Notes under the pieces: model-generated
The model's database searches: none
The model's input: only the letters and a program-made list of their open reading frames with translations
Told to the model about the DNA's origin: nothing
Part shown: piece by piece, positions 56,569-64,000 of the stretch
Position numbering within the stretch: the stretch's first letter is position 1
Layout of the letters: each line of letters begins with the position of its first letter
Made by a program: the position numbers and the translations under genes
DNA from: Oligoflexia bacterium
GTDB taxonomy: Bacteria; Bdellovibrionota; UBA1018; CAIMNF01
Reading direction: 5' to 3'
Length of the DNA: 64,000 bases
Assembly: GCA_903845155.1 (NCBI GenBank)
Contig: CAIMWN010000239.1
Coordinates: forward strand, 6,498-70,497

Positions 56569-56883
56569 ATGAAAACTAAAACAATTTTAATGACAATAGC
56601 AGGTCTAGTAGTAGCGAATGCAGCATTTGCACAAGATGCAGCGAACGCAGCAGCTCACACCAGTGGGTTAGATCTTGGTGGTCTCGGAGCAGGATTAGGT
56701 TTAGGCCTTGCCGCTCTCGGTGGAGCACTCGGACAAGGTAAGACTGCAGGCGCAGCACTTGAAGGTATTGCTCGCAATCCAGCAGCTTACGATAAAGTGT
56801 TCACTCCGATGATCATCGGTTTGGCCCTCATCGAGTCACTCGTGCTTTATGCATTCGTAATTGCATTCACAAAAATTAAATAA
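56569..56883 (+). CDS. atpE: Fo ATP synthase subunit c, with an N-terminal signal-peptide-like extension
   Basis: C-terminal helix ...MIIGLALIESLVLYAFVIAF carries the ion-binding Glu. About 35 extra N-terminal residues (MKTKTILMTIAGLVVANAAFA-QD) look like a signal peptide. Confidence 0.85.
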   Translation: MKTKTILMTIAGLVVANAAFAQDAANAAAHTSGLDLGGLGAGLGLGLAALGGALGQGKTAGAALEGIARNPAAYDKVFTPMIIGLALIESLVLYAFVIAFTKIK

Positions 56884-56932
56884 TATCGAGGCTCAAGCCT
56901 AGTTATTATTTGGTTGTGAAACCAAATATTCG

Positions 56933-56976
56933 AAACCCTCGTTGGTTCATTTCAACGGGGGTTTTTCATTTTTGTG
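56933..56976 (+). terminator. rho-independent terminator after atpE
   Basis: aaaccctcgttg / caacgggggttt stem (one G:U), then ttcattttt. A smaller hairpin (atttggtt gtga aaccaaat) lies at 56908-56927. Confidence 0.55.
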
Positions 56977-57002
56977 AGTCGACAATAGAGATGAGTTGAA
57001 GG

Positions 57003-59558
57003 TTAAAGCTTCAATTTCAAAAACGGAGCAATTTTGCTCTCTTTAATCTTCGACACTTCTTCAGGAGATCCCCGAGCAATTACCCTACCACCGGCGTCTC
57101 CACCCTCAGGTCCAAGGTCAATCAAGTAATCCGCGGAGCAAATGATATCTAAATTGTGCTCGATCACCATCACTGAGTTACCTTGATCCACTAAGCGGTG
57201 GAGTAAATCTAATAATTTTTTAATATCGGCGAAATGTAAACCCGTGGAAGGCTCGTCTAGAATAAAAAGGGTCTTTCCAGTGGATCGTCTCGAAAGCTCT
57301 TTTGACAATTTAATTCGTTGAGCTTCGCCACCAGAGAGTGTCGTAGCCGCTTGGCCAAGTTTTAAGTAACCCAAGCCCACATCATTCAATACCTGAAGTT
57401 TATCTTTTACGGGTGGAATATTGGTAAAAAATACCAAAGCCTCTTCGACCGACATTGCTAATACTTCCGCAATATTTTTCCCCTTAAACAGAACTTGGAG
57501 CGTTTCTGTTTTATAACGTGAGCCCTTACACGTCTCGCAGGTAACATATGCATCCGCCATAAAGTTCATCGAAATTTTCTTGATCCCATCGCCCTGACAA
57601 TCATCGCAACGGCCGCCTTTTACATTGAACGAAAAGCGCCCCGGCTTAAAAGAGCGGAGAGCAGAGTCTGGGAGTTGAGCATAAAGAGTTCGAATAAAAC
57701 CAAACATTCCCGTGTAGGTTGCAGGATTTGAGCGCGGTGTCCGACCAATAGCACTTTGATCAATTTGGATCACCTTATCTATTTGGTCTATTCCCTTAGT
57801 GATTTTTGCAGTCATCTCAGGAATCTCTGAATCGAAAAAATGATTGAGTAAGAGCGGATACAAGGTATCCATAATGAGCGAGCTTTTTCCACTTCCAGAA
57901 ACACCTGTAATGCAGGTGAATAGCCCCAGAGGAATATCAATATTCATTTTGCTAAGATTATGAAGATTTACATTCTCCAGGCGTAACGTTTTCTTTGGAT
58001 CAAACTTTCTACGGTTTTTAGGTGGATTCACTTGGAGTTTCTTAGACAGGTAAAGACCGGTAATGCTTTTTGTGTCCTTTATTACCACTTTTGGCACGCC
58101 TGCAACAATGATCTCACCACCGTGGATTCCCGCACCCGGACCAATGTCGATGAGGTAATCACTCTCCATCATAGTTTCTTCATCGTGTTCAACGACGATG
58201 ACCGTGTTACCCATGTCCCTTAATCGTTTTAAGCTTTCAATGAGTAGCTGATTATCGCGTGGGTGAAGGCCAATAGAGGGTTCGTCTAAGATGTAAGTGA
58301 TTCCCACCAGTGAACTTCCGAGCTGTGAGGCTAATCTAATTCTTTGGGATTCACCGCCGGAAAGCGAAAAGAGTGGACGTTCTAATGAAAGATACCCGAC
58401 ACCCACTTTATTTAAAAACCCTACTCGTTCACTGGTTTCTTTAATTAGTCCGGCTGCAATTTTTTCTTCGCGAGCTGAGAGTTTAATTTTAGAAAGGAAA
58501 GATGGCAGGGCCCCGATACTGAGAGCACACACCTCAGCAATGTTAATTCCTGAAATTCGAAAGGAACGCGATTCCACTGAAAGTCTTGCTCCCTTGCAAT
58601 CTTTGCATACCTCGTGAAATTCATAGTGATGACTTTCGTCGGGATCATCTTTTTCTTCTGCGTTTTCGGTATCAAACGATTCAAAACCGAGACCGTCACA
58701 GCGTTTACATGCCCCAAGCGGGCTATTAAAGGAAAACACTCTGGGCTCAGGGGCGGGTAAAAATATATCGCACTTACTGCAAGCGAAATTCTGTGAAAGC
58801 ATTCGCTCTTTAGTTTTTCCACCAGAAAGGTGTTCTAATAATGTTAAAATACCATTTGAAAGTTTAAGCCCCAATTCAACGCTGTCGTAAAGCCTAGCCT
58901 GAAGTGAGGTATCTTTAGCCTTAACCACGACTCGATCGATGACTACCTCAATAGTATGTTTGAAGGTCTTCTCGAGTCGGATTGGATCGGAGAGGTCTTT
59001 GAGTTCGCCATTGATTCTCACTTTTGAGAATCCTTTTTGTCTGAGAGAGAGTAGTTCCTTTTGGAATTCACCCTTCTTTTCACGTGCAATCGGAGCAAGA
59101 ATGGTGAATCTACTTCCTTCGTCATTGCTTAGAATTGAATCCACAATTTGTTGAGTGGACAGAGACTCGATGGGGTCGCCGCATTTCGGACAAAACGCCT
59201 TAGAGATTCTGGCAAAGAGGACGCGAAGGTGATCATAAATTTCGGTAACTGTTCCCACGGTGGATCTGGGATTGTATGAGGTTGTCTTTTGTAAAATGGC
59301 AATTGTGGGCGAGAGTCCAGAAAGCTCATCGACATCTGGTTTTTCCACTTGTTCTAAAAACTGCCGGGCATAGGTAGAAAAGGTTTCAATGTACCGCCTC
59401 TGCCCTTCCGCGTGAATAGTATCAAAGGCGAGAGAGGACTTACCCGAACCCGAAGGACCAGTAATGACCGTAAGTGAGTGATGAGGAATACTAACTGAAA
59501 TATTTTTTAAGTTATGTACCCTGGCGCCTTTTACAAGGATAAACTCATTCGAACTCAA
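57003..59558 (-). CDS. uvrA: excinuclease ABC subunit A (UvrA), a short form that appears to lack the insertion domain
   Basis: Two ABC modules (GPSGSGKSS and GVSGSGKSS; signature LSGGE twice). Zinc fingers CX2CX20CX2C at residues 260-287 and near the C-terminus. 851 aa, versus about 940 for canonical UvrA. Confidence 0.9.
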   Translation of the reverse strand: MSSNEFILVKGARVHNLKNISVSIPHHSLTVITGPSGSGKSSLAFDTIHAEGQRRYIETFSTYARQFLEQVEKPDVDELSGLSPTIAILQKTTSYNPRSTVGTVTEIYDHLRVLFARISKAFCPKCGDPIESLSTQQIVDSILSNDEGSRFTILAPIAREKKGEFQKELLSLRQKGFSKVRINGELKDLSDPIRLEKTFKHTIEVVIDRVVVKAKDTSLQARLYDSVELGLKLSNGILTLLEHLSGGKTKERMLSQNFACSKCDIFLPAPEPRVFSFNSPLGACKRCDGLGFESFDTENAEEKDDPDESHHYEFHEVCKDCKGARLSVESRSFRISGINIAEVCALSIGALPSFLSKIKLSAREEKIAAGLIKETSERVGFLNKVGVGYLSLERPLFSLSGGESQRIRLASQLGSSLVGITYILDEPSIGLHPRDNQLLIESLKRLRDMGNTVIVVEHDEETMMESDYLIDIGPGAGIHGGEIIVAGVPKVVIKDTKSITGLYLSKKLQVNPPKNRRKFDPKKTLRLENVNLHNLSKMNIDIPLGLFTCITGVSGSGKSSLIMDTLYPLLLNHFFDSEIPEMTAKITKGIDQIDKVIQIDQSAIGRTPRSNPATYTGMFGFIRTLYAQLPDSALRSFKPGRFSFNVKGGRCDDCQGDGIKKISMNFMADAYVTCETCKGSRYKTETLQVLFKGKNIAEVLAMSVEEALVFFTNIPPVKDKLQVLNDVGLGYLKLGQAATTLSGGEAQRIKLSKELSRRSTGKTLFILDEPSTGLHFADIKKLLDLLHRLVDQGNSVMVIEHNLDIICSADYLIDLGPEGGDAGGRVIARGSPEEVSKIKESKIAPFLKLKL

Positions 59559-60993
59559 AGGCAGGGTGTCCTAGTTTTCGAGCAGCCGATTGCAAGGCAG
59601 CCTCAAAAGCATGCTTTATCAATTGAAGTTTTTCCTCATTTTGAGCTTCAAAGCGCATCACAATAACGGGTTGTGTGTTTGAGGCGCGAATCAATCCCCA
59701 GCGGTCATCGTAATCCACCCGGAGTCCATCTATGCTGGTAAGTTTGCCTTTTGGATCTTGAAGAAGTTTTGCAGCCTCTTCAATTAATTTAAATTTCTTG
59801 TCTTCTTCACAGTCAATTCGAATTTCAGGAGTGTTGATCACAGGAGCAAGATCAATGGTGAGCTCAGAAAGCTTCTTTCCTTCGTTAATTACAATTTCAT
59901 AGAGACGAGCGGATGCATAAATTGCATCATCAAAGCCAAACCAACGGTCGGCAAAGAAAATATGCCCTGACATTTCACCAGCGAGGGCCGCCTTCTCTTC
60001 TTTCATTTTTGATTTAATGAGAGAATGGCCTGTTTTCCACATAATGGGACGGCCACCGTGTTTGGCAATGTCTTGATATAGACGATTACTCGATTTCACT
60101 TCAGAAATAATGGTAGCACCTGGATTTGTTTTCAAAACAGCTCTTGAAAAAATAATCATGAGTTCATCCCCAAAGATGACCCGGCCGTTTTCGTCCACTG
60201 CGCCAATTCGATCGGAGTCCCCGTCGTACCCCACTCCGAAATCGGCCTTGTGCTCCTTTACCGCAGCGATCAGTGCCGTCAGGTTTTTTGGTACGGTTGG
60301 GTCTGGATGATGATTAGGAAAACGACCATCGAGTTCGCAATAAAGAGGAATGATTTCCGCACCCATTTTTTTAAATAAAACGGGAGCAACAGTCGCTGCC
60401 GTACCGTTCCCCGCATCCAGCACCACCTTTAATTTTTTGGTGGCTTTAATATTTGCTGCAACATAATCAACATAGGGATTAATAATTTCCACCGTTTTAG
60501 TTGTGCCGGCGGTGCGTTTCGTAAATTCTTTCTTGAGCATGACTCGCTTAAGTTCTTGAATCTGCTCTCCATGGAGGGTGTCTTTTCCAAAGCAAATTTT
60601 AAAACCATTGTATTCGGCAGGATTATGGGAACCGGTGATCATGATTCCGCCATCGGTATGATAGTGAAAAATTGAAAAATAAGTGAGTGGAGTTGGACAA
60701 ACTCCGATATCGAGCACACTCACCCCCGCGTCATTGAGTCCCCCGATTAATCCCTCTGAATACTCATCACTGGTTAAGCGACAGTCTCGCCCAACTGAAA
60801 TGGTTAATCCCGAACTTTTACCGAGTTTTTGATACACCCATTCTGCATAGGTTTTACCAAGGTAATATGCGAACTCTTTAGTGAGGTCGGTACCTGCAAG
60901 GCCGCGAATGTCGTATTCCCTAAAAATGCTTTCATTTACTTTAAAGTTGATATCGTTCATGGGTGTTGTAGCTCCTTCGGTTAATCTTTTCAA
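59545..60993 (-). CDS. phosphomannomutase / phosphoglucomutase (alpha-D-phosphohexomutase family)
   Basis: Active-site loop ITGSHNPAEYNGFK. Mg-binding GYDGDSDR. 482 aa. Overlaps the uvrA start by 14 bp. Confidence 0.82.
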   Translation of the reverse strand: MKRLTEGATTPMNDINFKVNESIFREYDIRGLAGTDLTKEFAYYLGKTYAEWVYQKLGKSSGLTISVGRDCRLTSDEYSEGLIGGLNDAGVSVLDIGVCPTPLTYFSIFHYHTDGGIMITGSHNPAEYNGFKICFGKDTLHGEQIQELKRVMLKKEFTKRTAGTTKTVEIINPYVDYVAANIKATKKLKVVLDAGNGTAATVAPVLFKKMGAEIIPLYCELDGRFPNHHPDPTVPKNLTALIAAVKEHKADFGVGYDGDSDRIGAVDENGRVIFGDELMIIFSRAVLKTNPGATIISEVKSSNRLYQDIAKHGGRPIMWKTGHSLIKSKMKEEKAALAGEMSGHIFFADRWFGFDDAIYASARLYEIVINEGKKLSELTIDLAPVINTPEIRIDCEEDKKFKLIEEAAKLLQDPKGKLTSIDGLRVDYDDRWGLIRASNTQPVIVMRFEAQNEEKLQLIKHAFEAALQSAARKLGHPAFEFE

Positions 60994-61004
60994 AAACCTA
61001 TTCG

Positions 61005-61934
61005 TTATATATTTGAATATTCTAAAGCTTTCTTAATGGCATAAATCATGCTGCTTGGATCGGCTTTGTCTTTCCCGGCAATATCAAATGCGGTCCCATG
61101 GTCGACAGACGTTCGAGTAAACGGGAGACCAAGTGTGAGATTTAAGCTTTCACTAAAGTTAGAAAGCTTTACTGGAATCAAACCCTGATCATGGTACATC
61201 GCTACGATAGCGTGGTGTTGATCCTTTGCTTTCTTGTTTTTTTCAATCGCAAAAAAAGAGTCGGCTGGATGTGGCCCGCTCAGGACGCAGTCCTCATATT
61301 TCTCACTAAATTTTTTCATGGCCGGAATAATGACCGTATTCTCTTCTAGGCCAAGAATGCTATTTTCGCCGGCGTGAGGGTTAAGTCCAAGTACCGCTAT
61401 TTTTGCCTTCTTCTGTTGAAGTAGTTGGCGGGCAAAAAAGCGTGAGTGCTCAAGGGTGGCTAAAATCTGCTTTTCAGTGATTCGAGCGGAAACATCTTTA
61501 AGGGCGCAATGATTGGTCACGAGGGCTACGCGAAAGCAGTCATTAGCAAGCATCATCGTTACATTAGGTGTTCGCGTAAGACTGGCTAAAAAGTCGGTGT
61601 GGCCATTAAAAAAGTAGCCACCCAACTGTAAGCGCTCTTTGCTGATGGGACCAGTGATCATAACACGAGACTTAGGTGCAGCCATGACAAATTGGGTTGC
61701 GGTTTCAATCGACCAGCCAGATTGATAGCCAGGAGATGAACGAGAGGGAGGCTCGAAAAATTGAACATTTTTAGGAAGCAATCGCTGAAACTTAGAAAAA
61801 GGCTTCTTCGAGCCGAAAATAATGATCTCATATTTCTTAAGATTATTTTTCAGCTTATTTAAGGCCTTTGCGGTGACTTCTGGACCTATCCCATCTGGGT
61901 CGCCCGCAGTAATGATAATACTTCCCTGTTTCAT
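61005..61934 (-). CDS. pdxA: 4-hydroxythreonine-4-phosphate dehydrogenase
   Basis: ITAGDPDGIGPEV N-terminal motif. ...HGTAFDIAGK... 309 aa. Confidence 0.85.
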   Translation of the reverse strand: MKQGSIIITAGDPDGIGPEVTAKALNKLKNNLKKYEIIIFGSKKPFSKFQRLLPKNVQFFEPPSRSSPGYQSGWSIETATQFVMAAPKSRVMITGPISKERLQLGGYFFNGHTDFLASLTRTPNVTMMLANDCFRVALVTNHCALKDVSARITEKQILATLEHSRFFARQLLQQKKAKIAVLGLNPHAGENSILGLEENTVIIPAMKKFSEKYEDCVLSGPHPADSFFAIEKNKKAKDQHHAIVAMYHDQGLIPVKLSNFSESLNLTLGLPFTRTSVDHGTAFDIAGKDKADPSSMIYAIKKALEYSNI

Positions 61935-62902
61935 GATTTTTTAGTGTTAATTTTAATATAATTTAAACTTCTTTGTCTCTCGATCCAAAGTTTAATTTGG
62001 TGTTGAAATTCAGTTTCAAGTAATTTTCCTCGAATCACTTCCTTTTCTTTTTCAAACCCAGAGTCCACGTCGGCCTTTACGTCGGCAACTTTGAGAACAA
62101 GAAAGCTATTTCCATCGTCGGTAATTCCGCCTACTTTTCCCGGCCCAAGGAGTCGCACTTCCTTTTGTAGAACCTCAGACATATCGCTATAGGATAAGTA
62201 ACCAAGATCGCCACCGTTACTCGCACTCGCGTCGTCGCTAATGCTCTTTGCAACCTCTTCAAATGAATCGCCCTTTTTGAGTCGCGCAACTGCTTTTTCT
62301 GCTTCACCTTTTGCCAATGCTACCGATTTATAGTTTTTCTTTGTAACTTTGATTAAAAAAAGATGAAACGAGCCTGAAAAAGTTTTTTTCCCAGAGCGCT
62401 CTTTATTGTATTCGGCTTTTAAATCGTCTTCGGAAACAGTAGCCTTGCTCCGAATCTCGCGATCAATGAGCGTGCGCTTTGAAAGAGAAGCCCGCATGAG
62501 TTGGTAATACTCTTCGAATTTAAAACCCTCTCTAGAGATTGCTTGTTTTAAACTGTCTCGGTCGATTTTAAGGTTGGCTTGAATGCCATTAATTTCTTGT
62601 TCGACGTCAGAATCAGTCACTGGAAATTTCTGAGAAATAATTTCCTCATCAACTAGAAACTGTACAATCTCAACATCAGAAGGTGATGCGACCTTCGCGA
62701 TTGCTTGATTTGAAAAAATGGGATCAATTTTCATTCTGAGGGGCACCAGTTTTCGGAAACGAGCCACATCAGATTTGTAAATTGCCTTTTTATTGATAAT
62801 CGCTTCGACGCGATCCACCACCTCTGCCGCTCCACTAGAGTGAGTGACCGCCAATATTGAAGTGAGAAGGAGGAAAATTGAAGCAATTCTTTGAGTATTC
62901 AT
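61931..62902 (-). CDS. SurA-like periplasmic chaperone / parvulin peptidyl-prolyl isomerase
   Basis: Signal peptide. SurA-N-like helical domain. Parvulin domain (...GGDLGYLSYSDM...GKVGGITDDGNSFLVLKV). Confidence 0.7.
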   Translation of the reverse strand: MNTQRIASIFLLLTSILAVTHSSGAAEVVDRVEAIINKKAIYKSDVARFRKLVPLRMKIDPIFSNQAIAKVASPSDVEIVQFLVDEEIISQKFPVTDSDVEQEINGIQANLKIDRDSLKQAISREGFKFEEYYQLMRASLSKRTLIDREIRSKATVSEDDLKAEYNKERSGKKTFSGSFHLFLIKVTKKNYKSVALAKGEAEKAVARLKKGDSFEEVAKSISDDASASNGGDLGYLSYSDMSEVLQKEVRLLGPGKVGGITDDGNSFLVLKVADVKADVDSGFEKEKEVIRGKLLETEFQHQIKLWIERQRSLNYIKINTKKS

Positions 62903-62937
62903 TCACCCAAAGTTTTCCCATAATCAGCATGAAAACA

Positions 62938-63759
62938 CTAGTCTTTAATGAGTTTCTCGTTCACTGAAACCTTTGCTTTTTGACGCAAATCGTTCAGAAA
63001 TTTCGCCACGAGATCGTAACGGCGCTCTTCGAGAATAATCTTCTTCACGTGGGCACGATCTACCTCAATCCAAGAGTGTTTTCCCGTGAGGCGAATGAGG
63101 TGGAGTCCATAGGAGGTACGGACCGGAGCAGAAATCTCGCCCGCTTTTCCAAGACGAAGTGAAGACTTATAATAGGTGGCATCGAGGTGGTCTTTCATGC
63201 GGTAGTCAAGGTCACCACCCATTGCCGCACTGGGGTCTTCTGAGTACTTTTGTGCCGCTTCTGCAAAGGACATCTTCCCCGCTTTGATATCAGAATTGAT
63301 TTGATTCAGTTTTGCTACAGCTTTTTGCACTTCGTCCGCAGTTGCGTCTGGTGGGAGCGCGATAAAAATATTACTCGTGCGAATTTCGGGATTTTTTTCG
63401 TACCAACTTTTCGCTTCGGCATCCGAAAGGGTAATTTTATCAAACTCGCTTCCTAGCTTCTTTTCGATCAGCGCGAAATAAAGAACATTGTTGATGCGTT
63501 CGGCGACTGCAGGATCTTGATCAAGCTTGATTCTTTTTGCTTCCTGAATTGCCGCTTCATGCTTGATTAAATCGTCGAGCACGGCACGCTTAGTATTCAA
63601 CGTGGTGTTTCCAGCCTTTGAGAGTTCTGCAAGGCGGGTTGTGACTTGTTCAATAGTGATGATTTTGTCATTAACTTTTGCCGCTTCCGTAACCGCGTGG
63701 GCTGGAGTGATGAGTGCAGGTAATCCGATGACGAGGATAGAGATGATGATTTTGTTCAT
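62938..63759 (-). CDS. parvulin-type peptidyl-prolyl isomerase (PrsA/PpiC-like)
   Basis: Signal peptide. Parvulin motif ...MGGDLDYRMKDHL...TSYGLHLIRL. Confidence 0.65.
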   Translation of the reverse strand: MNKIIISILVIGLPALITPAHAVTEAAKVNDKIITIEQVTTRLAELSKAGNTTLNTKRAVLDDLIKHEAAIQEAKRIKLDQDPAVAERINNVLYFALIEKKLGSEFDKITLSDAEAKSWYEKNPEIRTSNIFIALPPDATADEVQKAVAKLNQINSDIKAGKMSFAEAAQKYSEDPSAAMGGDLDYRMKDHLDATYYKSSLRLGKAGEISAPVRTSYGLHLIRLTGKHSWIEVDRAHVKKIILEERRYDLVAKFLNDLRQKAKVSVNEKLIKD

Positions 63760-63785
63760 AAATTTAGTGTATCAGGGGTTTTTTG

Positions 63786-64000
63786 CTAAGCAAATGCTTT
63801 AGGAGCGATTTTTTTGAATAAAGTTTCTAGCTCAAAAAGATGACTCTGGAGTGTGGTGAGTTCAATTTGGTAAATGATCTTCGAATCAGGAGTGATAGAA
63901 ATTCGCGGGTCGCGAATTGACTTCGGCCCAGTATAAAGTTTCATCACTTCATCCCCATCGATGAGTGTTGTTTTTCTGACAGTCAGTACTGTTTTGTTAG
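63786..64000 (-). CDS. 3' end of a gene that continues beyond the window (C-terminal 71 codons); possibly Mfd, very tentative
   Basis: The minus-strand open frame runs ...NKTVLTVRKTTLIDGDEVMKLYTGPKSIRDPRISITPDSKIIYQIELTTLQSHLFELETLFKKIAPKAFA* and has no start inside the window. The product guess rests only on the common mfd-surA neighbourhood. Confidence 0.3.
   Translation of the reverse strand, partial: NKTVLTVRKTTLIDGDEVMKLYTGPKSIRDPRISITPDSKIIYQIELTTLQSHLFELETLFKKIAPKAFA

Noticed and set aside
58032-59335. Several ORFs of 63-125 aa on both strands within uvrA
   Set aside because: uvrA is one continuous conserved frame, so these are alternative-frame artefacts.

Overview
This is a dense, low-GC (about 40% by eye) bacterial chromosomal window centred on the replication-origin neighbourhood. 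The core is rpmH-rnpA-yidD-yidC-mnmE on the minus strand, then dnaA-dnaN-recF-gyrB-fabH-gyrA on the plus strand. A candidate oriC, with several DnaA-box-like repeats and an AT-rich element, sits in the dnaA-dnaN spacer. The F1Fo ATP synthase is split into two operons: atpF'-F-H-A-G-D-C on the minus strand at 22-28 kb, and atpZ-atpI-atpB-atpE on the plus strand at 55-57 kb. Other housekeeping content includes parA-parB-bactofilin, mnmG-rsmG, and the glycine cleavage genes (gcvT-gcvH, with gcvP convergent). Also present are PBP1A, tlyA, xseB, a split methylmalonyl/isobutyryl-CoA mutase, beta-oxidation genes, uvrA, phosphomannomutase, pdxA and two SurA/parvulin chaperones. No rRNA, tRNA, CRISPR array, IS element or prophage was seen. 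Many genes overlap by 4 bp and few have obvious Shine-Dalgarno sequences. Gene content and style suggest a Bdellovibrio-like predatory bacterium of the Bacteriovoracaceae type, but this is an impression only. Two loci are the best candidates for an undescribed system. (1) 11.4-16.1 kb: a three-gene operon encoding a tandem-GNAT protein, a LuxE-like acyl-protein synthetase, and a fusion of a LuxC-like acyl-CoA reductase with a PaaK-like adenylating domain. (2) 0-4.4 kb: a five-gene operon ending in MotA/MotB that also encodes a PEGA/TPR lipoprotein, a single-pass membrane protein with a large FliG/MgtE-N-like cytoplasmic domain, and a small outer-membrane beta-barrel protein. All family assignments come from reading the translated sequences. 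No database search was run.
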